Numbered from the stretch's first letter, positions 37,813 to 49,036 are shown. The stretch is DNA of 64,000 nucleotides from Dehalococcoidia bacterium (GCA_963662435.1 OY759598.1:2388507-2452506), one strand, 5' to 3'. Made by a program: numbers and translations. The notes: a model not told the origin generated them from the letters alone.

Positions 37813-39153
37813 CTATCTCAAGAATCCTTCGTAGTTGCGCATGAGAAGCTGTGCTTCGAGCTGGCGCATGGTATCGAGCGCCACGCCGACCATAATGAGC
37901 AGACTCGTGCTGCTCAAGGTTAGGGCGCGAACGTCGGTGATTATCTGGAATACGAATGGAAGAACCGCGATGGTTGCAAGGAACAGGGCGCCACCCCACG
38001 TGATGCGAATAATCACGCGGTTCAGGTATTCCTGCGTGGGTTGACCCGGCCTGATGCCGGGGATGAACCCACCATTTTTCTGCAGGTTCTCGGCCAAGTT
38101 CTGCTGCTGGAAGATTACGAGCGTATAGAAGAACGTAAAGCCGAGCGTGAGCAAGAACACGGCGACCCAATAAGGCACGCGCGTGGGATCCATGGCGTCG
38201 GCAAAGGACTGCAGCCCGCGAATGATGATGCTCTCGCTCAACGGATCACGGAAATAGCTTGCCATCGTAACGGGAAGAATGATAATCGAGAAAGAGAAAA
38301 TGAGTGGGATCATGCCGGCCGAGTTCACACGGAGAGGCAGGAAAGTCGATCCGCTCTGCCGCTGCATCCGCCCGCCGCGGAAGACGCTTCGCCCGTACTG
38401 AACAGGAATCCGGCGCTGAGCCTCGTTGAACAGAACGATGGTGAATATCGTGGCGAATCCAAGGATTACCAGCATAAGGAGACCGGCGCCCTCGTCGCTT
38501 TCGAGGAAGCCCTGGCCGATCTGCTGTGGGAACTGGGCGACGATTCCTCCGAAGATTATCAGCGACACGCCATTGCCGAGACCCTTCTCGGTAATAAGTT
38601 CGCCAAGCCACACGAGGAACATGGTGCCCGCAACCATGGATGAGATCATGGCGAGAGTCGTGATGTTTAGTCCCAAGCTCACTTGCGGCAGCACGCCGGA
38701 CTGTTGGAGTAGGCTCAACTGGCCGAATCCCTGGAAGATTGCGATCGGCACTGCCATGTAGTGCGTGAACTGGTTGATGCGCTGCCGTCCAAATTCGCCC
38801 TCTTGGGAGAGGGCCTTGAGCTGCGGAACGACGGGCGTGAGAATCTGCATCACGATCGAAGACGTGATGTAGGGATAGACGCCGAGAGCGGCGACGCTCA
38901 GGTTTGAGAGTGCGCCTCCGCTGAACAGGTCGAGGAACGGAAGCAGCGCGTTTTGCTCGAAAGCCTGGGACAGCGCCTGCACGTCGACACCGGGGATGGG
39001 GACATGGGCCACGAACCGGAACACGACGAGCATCGCCAGCGTAAAGAAGATCTTCGCCCGAAGATCGGGGATACGCATGGCCTCGATCATGGCCTGCATT
39101 AGCTGAGGCCGACCGACGTCCTGGGCCGCTCTGCCCGCCTGGGACTGGCGCAC
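37813..39153 (-). CDS. secY: Preprotein translocase SecY
   Basis: LGVYPYITSSI, WLGELITEKGLGNG, IPGIRPG. Confidence 0.97.
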   Translation of the reverse strand: MRQSQAGRAAQDVGRPQLMQAMIEAMRIPDLRAKIFFTLAMLVVFRFVAHVPIPGVDVQALSQAFEQNALLPFLDLFSGGALSNLSVAALGVYPYITSSIVMQILTPVVPQLKALSQEGEFGRQRINQFTHYMAVPIAIFQGFGQLSLLQQSGVLPQVSLGLNITTLAMISSMVAGTMFLVWLGELITEKGLGNGVSLIIFGGIVAQFPQQIGQGFLESDEGAGLLMLVILGFATIFTIVLFNEAQRRIPVQYGRSVFRGGRMQRQSGSTFLPLRVNSAGMIPLIFSFSIIILPVTMASYFRDPLSESIIIRGLQSFADAMDPTRVPYWVAVFLLTLGFTFFYTLVIFQQQNLAENLQKNGGFIPGIRPGQPTQEYLNRVIIRITWGGALFLATIAVLPFVFQIITDVRALTLSSTSLLIMVGVALDTMRQLEAQLLMRNYEGFLR

Positions 39154-39599
39154 TACGCTACCTCCCGAACGCTACCACCGGCGGCCTCGATCTTCTCCTT
39201 CGCGGAGCGAGAAAACCGGTGTGCCGCAACGTTAATCGCGACGGCGAGCTCGCCATCGCCAAGTACCTTGACCGGGTTCTTCAAGTTCTTGATGACGCCC
39301 GCCTCGACAAGGCTCTCCGGAGTGATTTCGTCACTTCCGGCCAGTCCGGCGAGCGTGTCCACGTTGACGACGCTGTATTCCGTACGGAATATGTTGGTAA
39401 AACCGCGGAGCATCGGCATGCCCTTGATGAGGCGCTGCTGGCCACCTTCGAAACCCGGACGAACGCCTCCGCCGCTACGGGAGTTTTGTCCCTTGAGGCC
39501 ACGACCGGAATAGGTACCCCGACCGCTGCCGTCGCCGCGTCCTTTGCGTCTGCGGCTCTTCTTTGCGCCCTTGGGTGGGCGTAGCTCGTACTGTTCCAT
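39153..39599 (-). CDS. rplO: 50S ribosomal protein L15
   Basis: GRG.GSG.G..SGRG.KGQ..R, FEGGQ. Confidence 0.97.
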   Translation of the reverse strand: MEQYELRPPKGAKKSRRRKGRGDGSGRGTYSGRGLKGQNSRSGGGVRPGFEGGQQRLIKGMPMLRGFTNIFRTEYSVVNVDTLAGLAGSDEITPESLVEAGVIKNLKNPVKVLGDGELAVAINVAAHRFSRSAKEKIEAAGGSVREVA

Positions 39600-39641
39600 A
39601 GTGTTCTGTCTTACCGAGTAGTGAGTACTTAGAGGTACTTG

Positions 39642-39824
39642 CTACTCTATCTCCTTCACTTCAACGAGATGGCGCACCTTGAAGATCATTCCCCGGATTG
39701 CGGGGGTGTCCTCGTGCTCGACGGTGCGGTTCAGCCGACGGAGCCCAAGCGCCGCTATAGTGCGGCCCTGTTCCTTCGGGTACCCGATGTCGCTCTTTTT
39801 CCAGGTTATTGCAACTTTTGGCAT
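39642..39824 (-). CDS. rpmD: 50S ribosomal protein L30
   Basis: ALGLRR...IRGMI.KV.HLV. Confidence 0.95.
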   Translation of the reverse strand: MPKVAITWKKSDIGYPKEQGRTIAALGLRRLNRTVEHEDTPAIRGMIFKVRHLVEVKEIE

Positions 39825-39875
39825 GGTCTTCTATTACGTAAGGATTATTGCGAAGAGGGTCTTTCCCACTCTCTT

Positions 39876-40469
39876 CTATGCTTCCGGATTTCTCGGTCGA
39901 GGTTCGAGCCGGGGTGGTCGGCGCCGCTGGCGCTCACGCCTTCTCGGCTGGGGAGGCGCCTCAACCAACTGCTGGCGCTTCACCATCTCAGCCTTCGGGT
40001 CCTTGAGCATCTGAAGCCCTTGGAACGCCGCCTTCACGGTGTTGATCGGGTTGGTGCTCCTTCGGGACTTGGTAACGATATCCTTGACTCCTGCGAGTTC
40101 CACGACTGCGCGGACAGCTCCGCCTGCGATGACGCCCGTGCCCGGCCTGGCAGGTCGCATCATCACCTCAGACGCGCCGAAGCGGGAGATGATGTCGTGC
40201 GGAATCGTGCTGCCGTCCAGGGGCACCTGCACCATAGTGCTTCGGGCCCTCGTCTCCCCTTTTCGGATGGCGTCCGGCACCGCGCCGGCCTTGCCCTGTC
40301 CGATGCCCACGCTGCCATTGCCGTCTCCAACGACGACCACGGCGCTGAAACTCAGGTTTCGACCGCCTTTTACGGTCTTGGAAACGCGGGATATATTGAC
40401 CGTCCGGCTCTGGATGCCGTCCGGGTCTTCTTCTTCGAATCTGTCGGAACGCCGACCTCTGCTTACCAT
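39876..40469 (-). CDS. rpsE: 30S ribosomal protein S5
   Basis: RVSKTVKGGR, PGTGVIAGG; start ATG 40469. Confidence 0.96.
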   Translation of the reverse strand: MVSRGRRSDRFEEEDPDGIQSRTVNISRVSKTVKGGRNLSFSAVVVVGDGNGSVGIGQGKAGAVPDAIRKGETRARSTMVQVPLDGSTIPHDIISRFGASEVMMRPARPGTGVIAGGAVRAVVELAGVKDIVTKSRRSTNPINTVKAAFQGLQMLKDPKAEMVKRQQLVEAPPQPRRRERQRRRPPRLEPRPRNPEA

Positions 40470-40470
40470 G

Positions 40471-40836
40471 CTAGAAAGAGAGTCCTCCCTTGCGCGCCGC
40501 ATCGGCCAGCGCCTTTACCCGTCCGTGATACTTGTAGCCACCTCGGTCGAAGACGACCGATTTGACGCCCTTGTCTACGGCGCGCTTTGCTACGAGCGTG
40601 CCGACCAGAGCTGAAACGTTGGCCTTTGCCTTGCCATTAGCCTCCGTCTGAACATCAGACTCGGTGCTTCCGGCTGCCGCCAAGGTGACACCTTCTACGT
40701 CGTCGATGAGTTGGGCGTAGATGTGGTTTAGACTGCGAAATATTGCCAATCGCGGTCGCTCTGCCGTCCCGCTTACGTTCCTGCGAACGCGGCTGTGACG
40801 TGCAATGCGACGCGAGTATGCAGTTGGGCGTCCCAT
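40471..40836 (-). CDS. rplR: 50S ribosomal protein L18
   Basis: [21 protein letters not shown]. Confidence 0.97.
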   Translation of the reverse strand: MGRPTAYSRRIARHSRVRRNVSGTAERPRLAIFRSLNHIYAQLIDDVEGVTLAAAGSTESDVQTEANGKAKANVSALVGTLVAKRAVDKGVKSVVFDRGGYKYHGRVKALADAARKGGLSF

Positions 40837-40841
40837 GATCC

Positions 40842-41387
40842 TTATATAACCCTTCTGGCGCTCTTGCCCGGCTTTAGCCGGACCTGCTCGCCACGATATC
40901 GAATACCCTTCCCCGTGTAGACGCTCGGGGGACGGACTTTCCTGATTTCGGCCGCGGTCTGTCCAACCGCCTGTTTGCTGATTCCGCTTATGTGAATCAT
41001 GTTATTGCCCTCTACGGCAATGGTGATCCCGTCCATCGGCTGATAGTCCACCTCGTGGCTGAGCATGACGCTAAGCTTGATGCCCTTGCCGCTTTGCTGA
41101 ACGCGATAACCGACGCCGACCAATTCAAGCGACCGGGAGTATCCTTCGCTGACGCCGGTCACCATGTTCGCGATCAGATTGCGGGTGAGACCATGCAGCG
41201 CCTTGTGTTCACCTGCGTCCGAGGGTCGCTCAACAACGACCGTGCCGTTGTCAGACTTGATGGCCATGTCCTGGTGGAACGTATCGGTGAGGGTGCCCTT
41301 TGCTCCCTTTACCGTGACGACCTGCCCGTTAATGTTGACGTCCACTCCGGACGGCACCGGGACTGGCTGTTTTCCTATTCTCGACAT
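40842..41387 (-). CDS. rplF: 50S ribosomal protein L6
   Basis: MSRIGKQP...GVGYR...YTGKGIRY; start ATG 41387. Confidence 0.97.
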   Translation of the reverse strand: MSRIGKQPVPVPSGVDVNINGQVVTVKGAKGTLTDTFHQDMAIKSDNGTVVVERPSDAGEHKALHGLTRNLIANMVTGVSEGYSRSLELVGVGYRVQQSGKGIKLSVMLSHEVDYQPMDGITIAVEGNNMIHISGISKQAVGQTAAEIRKVRPPSVYTGKGIRYRGEQVRLKPGKSARRVI

Positions 41388-41418
41388 TGTGTTGCTCCCT
41401 GTCAGACGTACAGTCGTG

Positions 41419-41820
41419 CTACCAGACGTAGCAAAGAAGCTCTCCGCCGACACCCTCGCGCCAGGCGCCCTTTCCGGTCATAACACCCTTGGAGGTCGAG
41501 AGGATCGACACTCCCAAACCGCCATAGTAGCGAGGGATCTCGCCCTTTTGGACGTACACCCTAAGGCCCGGCCGGCTGATGCGCTTCAGGCCGGAGATAG
41601 CAGGCTCGTCCTTCTCGCGATAGTGCAAGAAGACCTTGATCTCACCCTGCGTCGATACGCCGGAGTTCACCTCAAAGTCTTCGATGAAGCCCTCATCCTT
41701 CAGGATCTGCGCGATGCTCCTCTTCATGTTGGATTGGGGTATTGATACCGAATCGTGACGCACCATGATGGCGTTGCGGATTCGTGTGAGCATATCTGCT
41801 ATTGGATCGGTGACCGGCAT
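41419..41820 (-). CDS. rpsH: 30S ribosomal protein S8
   Basis: [30 protein letters not shown]. Confidence 0.97.
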   Translation of the reverse strand: MPVTDPIADMLTRIRNAIMVRHDSVSIPQSNMKRSIAQILKDEGFIEDFEVNSGVSTQGEIKVFLHYREKDEPAISGLKRISRPGLRVYVQKGEIPRYYGGLGVSILSTSKGVMTGKGAWREGVGGELLCYVW

Positions 41821-41849
41821 TCCTTCTCTCCGTTCTTCTTCCCTTTGTC

Positions 41850-42521
41850 TTAGGCGGCCATCGTGTCCGACTCTATCCGAGCAAAGGGCATTCCAAGCAG
41901 TTCAAGCAACCGGAACCCTTCACGGTCGGAAGTGGCTGTCGTAGTGATAACTACCTGCAGTCCACGCAGTCGGTCAATTGAGTTGTAGTCGATCTCAGGG
42001 AAGATCACCTGCTCCCGGATGCCGACGGCGTAATTGCCGCGTCCATCGAACGCGTTTCGCGAGAGTCCGCGAAAGTCACGGATACGGGGCAGTGACGAGC
42101 TTACGAATCGATCGAAGAACTCGTACATGCGCCGTCCGCGCAGGGTGACCTTCAGGCCCATCGGCATGCCCTCACGGATCTTGAATCCGGCGATGGACTT
42201 GCGGGCGATGGTCGTCACCGGTTGCTGACCGGTGATGGCTACGAGGTCGCGGGTCGCGTTCTCGATGGCGTTCCGGTTAGCTATGGCCTCGGCTCCGATG
42301 CCGATGTTGACAACGATCTTCTCGAGGCGAGGCACCTGCATGGTGCTCGTGTACTCGAACTCTTTGAACAGTTGCGGACCGATCTCGTCACGGAAGGTAA
42401 CGAGAAGTCGCGGAGGGGTTGCCGGGGCCGCCGGCTCCGGTGCCTGCTCCGTCTTCTTGGACTGCTTTCGCCCGCGTCCCGATCCGCCTTTTCCTTGGGA
42501 ACCGCTCTTCTTGGTCGTCAC
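41850..42521 (-). CDS. rplE: 50S ribosomal protein L5 with an N-terminal extension
   Basis: [32 protein letters not shown]; ~35-aa basic/Pro-rich N-terminal extension. Confidence 0.96.
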   Translation of the reverse strand: MTTKKSGSQGKGGSGRGRKQSKKTEQAPEPAAPATPPRLLVTFRDEIGPQLFKEFEYTSTMQVPRLEKIVVNIGIGAEAIANRNAIENATRDLVAITGQQPVTTIARKSIAGFKIREGMPMGLKVTLRGRRMYEFFDRFVSSSLPRIRDFRGLSRNAFDGRGNYAVGIREQVIFPEIDYNSIDRLRGLQVVITTTATSDREGFRLLELLGMPFARIESDTMAA

Positions 42522-42829
42522 TCGATTACTTCCTTAGATACTTTGGAGACTCGCGCCTTGGCGCCGTCCGCCAGCTTGGTGTACCCGACTCGCGTGGGCT
42601 TGTTGGTATGCGGACAGATGAGGCGCACGTTGGCCACCGGAATCGGCAGTTCCTTCTGGACGATTCCCGCCTGTCGAATGTTGCCCGTGGCCTTCGTGTG
42701 TCGCTGAACGACGTTTATGCCTTCAACGAGCACCTTGTCCTGCTTTGCAAATAACCGCTGTACCTGGCCGGTCTTACCTCGGTCTCTTCCCCTGGTAATC
42801 AGTACCATATCGTCAACACGTAGCTTCAT
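42518..42829 (-). CDS. rplX: 50S ribosomal protein L24
   Basis: KOW motif GRDRGKTGQV, VEGIN. Confidence 0.96.
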   Translation of the reverse strand: MKLRVDDMVLITRGRDRGKTGQVQRLFAKQDKVLVEGINVVQRHTKATGNIRQAGIVQKELPIPVANVRLICPHTNKPTRVGYTKLADGAKARVSKVSKEVIE

Positions 42830-42830
42830 G

Positions 42831-43199
42831 TTAGAGCACCTCCGGAGCGAGGGATACGATACGCATGAAATTCTGCTCCCGAAGCTCGCGGGCCACGGGA
42901 CCGAATATGCGCGTCCCGCGCGGCATCTGGTTCTCGCCGATGATGACAGCGGCGTTTTCGTCGAAACGGATGTGTGAGCCGTCGGGACGTCGGGTGGGCT
43001 TGGCGAGCCGGACGATGACCGCGCGGACTACTTCACCCTCTCGAACGGCGGAGGCTGGGGCCGCCTCCTTGACGGACGCGACTATTACGTCGCCCAATCC
43101 GGCGTACTTGCGACCGCTGCCGCCCGGTACGCCGATGCAGCTTATGGTCTTGGCGCCGGAGTTATCCGCAATCTTGACCCTGGAATATATCTGAATCAT
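42831..43199 (-). CDS. rplN: 50S ribosomal protein L14
   Basis: [19 protein letters not shown]. Confidence 0.97.
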   Translation of the reverse strand: MIQIYSRVKIADNSGAKTISCIGVPGGSGRKYAGLGDVIVASVKEAAPASAVREGEVVRAVIVRLAKPTRRPDGSHIRFDENAAVIIGENQMPRGTRIFGPVARELREQNFMRIVSLAPEVL

Positions 43200-44086
43200 T
43201 GCTGCGGCTTCTCCTCGTCGGCCTTTTCGTCACTCGTTGAATCCTCCTCAGCGGTAGGGGCTTCCTCTTCGTCGGCACTCTCAGCAGTTTCTTCCATCAC
43301 GTCATCAGCCTCGGCCGGCTCTTCGGCGGACGACTCTTCGGCAGGAGCTTCCTCTTCGTCGGTGCTCTCTGCAGCCTCTTCTACCGCGCCCTCAGCCTCG
43401 GACGATTCTTCGGCCGGGGCTTCCTCTTCGTCGGCGCTCTCAGGCGCTTCTTCCACGACATCTTCAGGTTCGGAGGCCTCTTCGACGGGAGCTTCCTCTT
43501 CGTCGGTACTCTCTGCAGCCTCTTCTACCGCAACCTCAGATTCGGATGCATCCTCGGCAGGAGCTTCCTCTTCGGGTGTGCTCTCCGCAGTCTCTTCTAC
43601 TACGACCTCAGGCTCAGAGTCTGCAGACTCTTCGGATGAGTCGGAGTCCTCCTCTTCCGCAACAGTGGGCTCCTCCGCGACGTCCTCTTCGGGTTCGTCC
43701 TGGGACTCATCCGAGGTCTCCATCGGAGCCTGCGGTTCTTCTTCTTGTGAGACGATCTCTTCAACGACCGGCTCAGGAATGGTGATTTCGATCTCACCGG
43801 TTGGCATGTCGTCTTCCGGAGGCAACTCAGCCATCTCCGGTCGCTCGACGACATCGACGAGCCGCCAGCGCTTAGTCTTGGACACTGGACGGCTCTCGAC
43901 GATCGTTACGAGGTCACCGATTTGAGCCGTGTTGTTCTCGTCGTGGGCCTTGAAGCGCGACCGGCGGCGGATTGACTTCTTATAGACCCGGTGGAAGCTT
44001 CGCCACTCCACCTCGACGATGCACGTCTTGTCCATCTTGTCGCCGATTACCCTGCCAACCCTAGTTTTGCGTCGTAGATAGCTCAT
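43196..44086 (-). CDS. rpsQ: 30S ribosomal protein S17 with a ~210-aa acidic repetitive C-terminal tail
   Basis: S17 core ([22 protein letters not shown]) in the canonical operon position; the tail's stop overlaps the rplN start (ATGA). Confidence 0.93.
   Translation of the reverse strand: MSYLRRKTRVGRVIGDKMDKTCIVEVEWRSFHRVYKKSIRRRSRFKAHDENNTAQIGDLVTIVESRPVSKTKRWRLVDVVERPEMAELPPEDDMPTGEIEITIPEPVVEEIVSQEEEPQAPMETSDESQDEPEEDVAEEPTVAEEEDSDSSEESADSEPEVVVEETAESTPEEEAPAEDASESEVAVEEAAESTDEEEAPVEEASEPEDVVEEAPESADEEEAPAEESSEAEGAVEEAAESTDEEEAPAEESSAEEPAEADDVMEETAESADEEEAPTAEEDSTSDEKADEEKPQQ
43240..43615 (-). repeat. Five imperfect ~72-bp tandem repeats encoding E.E..VEE.AES.DEEEAP.EE.S
   Basis: CTTCCTCTTC anchors at 43261, 43348, 43420, 43492 and 43564 (spacings 87, 72, 72, 72). 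Confidence 0.85.
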
Positions 44087-44289
44087 TGCGTGGCCAGAGC
44101 CAGTTCCCTTTCCCTCATGATCGTGTTGATGCGCGCGATGCGTCTCCGCGCCTTGCGAATGGAGTGTACGTCGGAGAGCTGCATCGTCGCCGACCTGAAT
44201 CGAAGATTCATAAGCGCCCGCTGCGTATTCTCCAGTTCCTCGTCCAAGTCCGGGTCACTTAGACCCCTCAAATCGTCCATTTCCGCCAT
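44083..44289 (-). CDS. rpmC: 50S ribosomal protein L29
   Basis: LMNLRF..AT.QL...IARINT. Confidence 0.95.
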   Translation of the reverse strand: MAEMDDLRGLSDPDLDEELENTQRALMNLRFRSATMQLSDVHSIRKARRRIARINTIMRERELALATQ

Positions 44290-44327
44290 GTTGTTTCCTC
44301 TACCTGCTGCCTGCTATAGCCTTCGTT

Positions 44328-44747
44328 CTACTGGCCGGTCTCGCTCGATACGACAACTCGCGTACCCAACGGGAGCTTGGCAGCCGCCAGCTTCATGGCT
44401 ACCTTTGCCTCCGCTTCCGGCACACCGGCCATCTCAAATATCATTCGTCCCGGCTTGACCACGGCGACCCAATGGTCGACTACGCCCTTGCCGCTTCCCA
44501 TACGAGTCTCGGCGGCCCGCGCCGTGACCGACTTGTCGGGGAATATGCGAATCCACAATTTGCCACCCCGCCGGGTGTAACGGGTGAGCACGCGTCGTGC
44601 GGCCTCAATCTGCCGCGAGGTCACCCATGACGGCTCAGTGGCCTTCAGGCCGACATCGCCGAAGTTCAGGCGACTCCCCTGAACGGAGATGCCGTTCATC
44701 CGGCCCCGCTGCTTGTTTCGATATTTAACTCTCTTCGGCTGGAGCAT
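44328..44747 (-). CDS. rplP: 50S ribosomal protein L16
   Basis: [23 protein letters not shown]. Confidence 0.97.
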   Translation of the reverse strand: MLQPKRVKYRNKQRGRMNGISVQGSRLNFGDVGLKATEPSWVTSRQIEAARRVLTRYTRRGGKLWIRIFPDKSVTARAAETRMGSGKGVVDHWVAVVKPGRMIFEMAGVPEAEAKVAMKLAAAKLPLGTRVVVSSETGQ

Positions 44748-45510
44748 CGGTCGTTTCCTCTGTGGTCACGGCCTCTTCAGAGGCCTGCGCTTCGGCAGCG
44801 GAACGCAATTCCTGGTCCGCCCGAACGGTTACTTGAATGGGTGACATTTCTTCAATGTCGACCACCTGTGGTTTCGGCTTCGGGAGAATCTCTCCCTTGA
44901 AGATCCATACCTTGACGCCGATGCGGCCAAAGTCCGTAGCGGCCTCTGCTATATCGAAATCGATATCGGCACGAAGCGTATGGAGAGGGACCCTCCCCTC
45001 CATGGCCTTCTCCGCTCGCGCGATGTCCGCGCCAGCGAGCCTGCCGGAGGCGATAACCTTGATCCCCTGCGCGCCGGCCTGCGCCGTCCTATTCATGGCC
45101 TGGCGTATTGCTCGACGGAAGGCGATGCGCCGCTCCAACTGGTCGGCTATGTTCCGCGCCACGAGGAATGCGTCGAGCTCAGGCTGCCGGATCTCCTGGA
45201 CGTTCAGGCGGACCCGGCCGTTGGTCAATTGCTCGAGCTCCTTGCGCATCTCATCGACCTTCGCGCCTCCGCGACCGATGACGATGCCCGGACGGGCCGT
45301 GTGTGCCGTGACAACGAGCTCGTTCGTTCCTCGCTCGATCTCGACACGGGAAATGCCTGCGTCGGCGTTTCCTTCCATCACGATATTGCGGATGGCCACG
45401 TCCTCTTTAACGAGGGCGCGGTATTCCTTCTGCTTTGCGGCAAACCATCTGGTCTGCCAGTCTTTCACGATCCCGAGGCGGAACCCAATTGGGTGTGTCT
45501 TATTTCCCAC
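44725..45510 (-). CDS. rpsC: 30S ribosomal protein S3
   Basis: [29 protein letters not shown]. Confidence 0.97.
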   Translation of the reverse strand: MGNKTHPIGFRLGIVKDWQTRWFAAKQKEYRALVKEDVAIRNIVMEGNADAGISRVEIERGTNELVVTAHTARPGIVIGRGGAKVDEMRKELEQLTNGRVRLNVQEIRQPELDAFLVARNIADQLERRIAFRRAIRQAMNRTAQAGAQGIKVIASGRLAGADIARAEKAMEGRVPLHTLRADIDFDIAEAATDFGRIGVKVWIFKGEILPKPKPQVVDIEEMSPIQVTVRADQELRSAAEAQASEEAVTTEETTDAPAEES

Positions 45511-45511
45511 G

Positions 45512-45856
45512 CTAGACGTTGTCCTCCTCGTCGATAACCACGGTTATGTGGCTGCTTCTCCGGATCATCCTCGTTCCGCGTCCCCTTGCTCTGGCCTTGA
45601 ACCGAAGCAGCTTCGGGGCCATGTTCGCGTACGCTTCGACGATGCGCATGTTGGACGGGTCGCCGCTGAGCGCGTCGTTTTCGGCGTTTGCCGAGGCGGA
45701 CTTGAGCAGCTTGGCGACCTGAGCCGCGATGGGCGACTGCGTGAACGCAAGAATGTTCATCGCTTCGTCGACCTGACGGCCCCGCACGAGGTCCAGGATT
45801 CTCTTTACCTTCTTGACCGAGTAACCGGTATTTGTTGTCGTAGCGCTTGCGGCCAC
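45512..45856 (-). CDS. rplV: 50S ribosomal protein L22
   Basis: SASANAEN, RARGR...SHITV. Confidence 0.96.
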   Translation of the reverse strand: MAASATTTNTGYSVKKVKRILDLVRGRQVDEAMNILAFTQSPIAAQVAKLLKSASANAENDALSGDPSNMRIVEAYANMAPKLLRFKARARGRGTRMIRRSSHITVVIDEEDNV

Positions 45857-45861
45857 GGTTC

Positions 45862-46149
45862 TTACCTCACGGCTGTCGTTCGTTCTGACTTCGACGAGCT
45901 ATGGCCCCTGAATGTCCTCGTCGGGGCGAACTCGCCGAGCTTATGACCGACCATATTTTCCGTTACGAAAACGGGGATGTGTCGACGCCCGTCGTGCACG
46001 GCGATCGTCAGCCCGAGCATGTCCGGCATGATCGTGGATGCCCTCGACCACGTTCGGATAGGCACCTTGCTATTGCTCCGGCGCGCTGTCTCGACCTTCT
46101 TCGCCAGCTTGGGATGGACGTACGGTCCTTTTTTCGTCGACCTCGACAT
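45862..46149 (-). CDS. rpsS: 30S ribosomal protein S19
   Basis: [28 protein letters not shown]; start ATG 46149. Confidence 0.97.
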   Translation of the reverse strand: MSRSTKKGPYVHPKLAKKVETARRSNSKVPIRTWSRASTIMPDMLGLTIAVHDGRRHIPVFVTENMVGHKLGEFAPTRTFRGHSSSKSERTTAVR

Positions 46150-46187
46150 AACTTTTCTCCGACCGGGCAATCAGCGCCCGGCACTTA

Positions 46188-47018
46188 TTACTTCTCGTAC
46201 CTTCTCTTGGCGATGAACTTGCTGGAAGACTTGTTGCGCCGCGTTCGGTAGCCCAGCGTAGGTTTGCCCCAAGGTGTCTTGGGAGAGGGCATCCCGATGG
46301 GGGAGCGGCCCTCACCGCCACCGTGCGGGTGATCCGCCGGCGACATCACAACACCGCGCACCTGGGGACGGCGTCCCCGGTGTCTGCTTCTGCCGGCCTT
46401 ACCGAGCTTCACATTCTTGTGATCGACGAGGCCAACCTGTCCGACGGTTGCCATACACTCGCTTAGCACCTGTCGCATCTCGCCGGACGGGAGCTTCAGG
46501 AGTGCGTAGCTGCCCTCCTTGGCCATGACCTGGGCTGATGCCCCGGCGCTGCGCACGATCTGCGCGCCCCGGCCAACCTTCAACTCCACATTGTGTACCA
46601 GCGTCCCGTTCGGGATCGAGCGAATTGGGAGGGCGTTGCCCGGACGAATCTCCGCACTCTCGCCGGATACGATCTCATCGCCAACCTTCATGCCTACCGG
46701 AGCTAGGATGTAGCGCCAGTCGCCGTCAGCGTACTTGATCAGGGCGATTCGCGAGGAACGATTCGGGTCGTACTCGATCGTCATTACCTCCCCGGGCACG
46801 TTGGTCTTGTTGCGCTTGAAGTCGATGACTCGAAGACGCCGCTTATGACCGCCGCCCCGATGGCGAACGGTGATGCGGCCCTTGTTGTTTCGTCCTGCGC
46901 GCTTCTTGATCGGCTTGAGGAGCGATTTCTTCGGTCGGGTACTCGTAATGTCATCCGACGTCTGAAGAATCGTTCCCCGCTGCCCGGGACTGGTCGGGTT
47001 GAGTTTGCGGAGTGGCAT
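46188..47018 (-). CDS. rplB: 50S ribosomal protein L2
   Basis: [31 protein letters not shown]. Confidence 0.97.
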   Translation of the reverse strand: MPLRKLNPTSPGQRGTILQTSDDITSTRPKKSLLKPIKKRAGRNNKGRITVRHRGGGHKRRLRVIDFKRNKTNVPGEVMTIEYDPNRSSRIALIKYADGDWRYILAPVGMKVGDEIVSGESAEIRPGNALPIRSIPNGTLVHNVELKVGRGAQIVRSAGASAQVMAKEGSYALLKLPSGEMRQVLSECMATVGQVGLVDHKNVKLGKAGRSRHRGRRPQVRGVVMSPADHPHGGGEGRSPIGMPSPKTPWGKPTLGYRTRRNKSSSKFIAKRRYEK

Positions 47019-47303
47019 CTATACTCCTTCAAATAGCGTGATTGTATCGCCGGGAGCGAGGGTTACGATGGCCTTCTTCCACGACCTGAGAGTCGTGATC
47101 CTCGGACCGAACCGCTTGCGCTTGCCCCTGACGGCCATCGTGTGGACCCGTACGACGTTAACGTCGAACGCTTCCTCGACTGCCTTCTTGATATCGTGCT
47201 TGGTTGCGCTCTTGGCGACCTCGAACACGTACCGACCCTGCTCGCTCAGCAGAGTGCTCTTTTCCGTAACTACCGGTCTTCGCAATATTTGAAACGGGTT
47301 CAT
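47019..47303 (-). CDS. rplW: 50S ribosomal protein L23
   Basis: PVVTEKS, WKKAIVTL. Confidence 0.96.
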   Translation of the reverse strand: MNPFQILRRPVVTEKSTLLSEQGRYVFEVAKSATKHDIKKAVEEAFDVNVVRVHTMAVRGKRKRFGPRITTLRSWKKAIVTLAPGDTITLFEGV

Positions 47304-47318
47304 CTATACGTTCCTAAT

Positions 47319-47975
47319 CTAGGCCGCTTCCGCCTCAACCTCATCGATGGATGCTGAGCCCCAGAGGGTCTCCGCTTTCCGCACGGCGTCAACCGTCATG
47401 ATGAGAATCCGGTGGTTCAGCACATCTGCCGCGTTCAGCAGGTCGGCGGGCAGCATGTCCACGCCCTGCACGTTACGGCCCGCACGAAGCACGCCGTGCT
47501 CGGCGCCATCCCCTACGAGAAGAATTGATCGTTCCACACCGAGGGCCTGCATCATCGCCACGAAATCTTTCGTCTTGGGACTGTCCAATGCGAGGGAGTC
47601 GAGGACAATCAGGCTCCCTGATCGAGCCTTGTCCGACAGCGTCATGCGAATGGCGGCCTGCCGCATCTTCTTCGGAGTCCGCTGACGGTAGCTCCGTGGG
47701 GAAGGCCCGAATGTCACTCCTCCACCCTTCCAAAGCGGAGAGCGGATCGATCCCTGTCGTGAACGACCGGTGTGCTTCTGGGGCCACGGCTTCCTGCCCC
47801 CACCGGAGACCTCACTCCTCGTCTTGACCTTCGCGGTTCCCTGGCGCTTGTTTGCAAGCTGGCCTACAATGACCTGATGCACCAGCGAGGAGTTCATCGG
47901 CACGCCGAAGACTTCGTCCTGAATTTCGACCTCTTCGGTCGACTCGCCTTTGATATTTCTTACTTCAATATTCAC
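47319..47975 (-). CDS. rplD: 50S ribosomal protein L4
   Basis: RQGT...TRSEVSGGGRKPW.QK.TGR.R.GS. Confidence 0.97.
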   Translation of the reverse strand: MNIEVRNIKGESTEEVEIQDEVFGVPMNSSLVHQVIVGQLANKRQGTAKVKTRSEVSGGGRKPWPQKHTGRSRQGSIRSPLWKGGGVTFGPSPRSYRQRTPKKMRQAAIRMTLSDKARSGSLIVLDSLALDSPKTKDFVAMMQALGVERSILLVGDGAEHGVLRAGRNVQGVDMLPADLLNAADVLNHRILIMTVDAVRKAETLWGSASIDEVEAEAA

Positions 47976-47988
47976 TATGGTTCTCTGC

Positions 47989-48615
47989 TCAGCTTCGCTT
48001 GGTAAGTACCAACAGCGTGTTTCTGCCCCCCGGAACGGAGCCCTTGACGAGCACGAGCCGGCTGTCGGGATCGGACTTCATAACCTCAAGGTTTTTCGTC
48101 GTTACCGTGTCACCGCCCATGCGTCCGGCCATGCGCTGACCCTTCAGCACCTTTCCGGGACTGGTGCCTGCACCGATAGATCCAGGCGCGCGATGCCTGT
48201 CGGACTGACCATGCGTCTTCGGGCCACCCTTGAAGCCATGTCGCTTTACCGTGCCGGCGAATCCCCTACCCTTGCTAACGCCGGTTACGTTTATCGACTC
48301 GCCTTCCTCAAACAGCCCCGCGTCGAACTCCTGGCCGACTTCCACACCGGCAGAGTCGGAGGACCCTACCTCTCGCAGATGGCGGAATAGCTTGTCACCG
48401 GACTTGCCGAGGTGGCCTCGCTCAGGCTTGGTCCTTCGCTTGACCTCTTTGAAGCCGATCTGAACGGCCTCGTAGCCGTCCGAATCAGACGACTTGATCT
48501 GGGTCACCGTGCAGGGTCCCGCCTCGATTGCGGTCACGCATACGGCCTCGCCGGTATCCTCACGGAATACCTGCGTTGTCCCAATCTTCTTTCCCAACAG
48601 TGCTTGAATGCTCAT
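47989..48615 (-). CDS. rplC: 50S ribosomal protein L3
   Basis: DGYEAVQ, SKGRGFAG..KR, HRAPGSIG. Confidence 0.97.
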   Translation of the reverse strand: MSIQALLGKKIGTTQVFREDTGEAVCVTAIEAGPCTVTQIKSSDSDGYEAVQIGFKEVKRRTKPERGHLGKSGDKLFRHLREVGSSDSAGVEVGQEFDAGLFEEGESINVTGVSKGRGFAGTVKRHGFKGGPKTHGQSDRHRAPGSIGAGTSPGKVLKGQRMAGRMGGDTVTTKNLEVMKSDPDSRLVLVKGSVPGGRNTLLVLTKRS

Positions 48616-48670
48616 ATGTTTCGTCGTCCGTTGCGCCGGGGCGTCCTAAGATACGCTCCGTGCGATTGCT

Positions 48671-48988
48671 CTATACCTTGATGGAGATGTCCACTCCCGC
48701 CGGCACGTTTAGTCTCGTGAGCGAGTCCACCGTCTTGGATGTCGGTTCCAGGATGTCGATCAGGCGGTTGTGCGTTCGGATCTCAAAGTGCTCGCGCGAA
48801 TTCTTGAATACGTGGGGCGACCGGATCACGCAGAACCGCTTGATGCTGGTCGGCAGAGGTACAGGCCCCGCGACCTGCGCTCCCGTCCGCTCAGCGGCCT
48901 CCACGATGTGCGTGGCCGACTGATCGAGAATTCGATGGTCGAATGCCCTGAGTATTATTCTGATCTTCTGGCTCGTCGCTGTCGTCAT
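48671..48988 (-). CDS. rpsJ: 30S ribosomal protein S10
   Basis: GPVPLPT, RSPH...SREHFE.RTH.RLIDI. Confidence 0.97.
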   Translation of the reverse strand: MTTATSQKIRIILRAFDHRILDQSATHIVEAAERTGAQVAGPVPLPTSIKRFCVIRSPHVFKNSREHFEIRTHNRLIDILEPTSKTVDSLTRLNVPAGVDISIKV

Positions 48989-49036
48989 TGGTCACCTAGT
49001 CCGACCTGCGCTTATGCGGCCCTGTGCAGGTCTGCG

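Noticed and set aside
43240..43615. Repeats in rpsQ as a mobile insertion or CRISPR
   Set aside because: In-frame, degenerate, low-complexity coding repeats without terminal repeats or a TSD.
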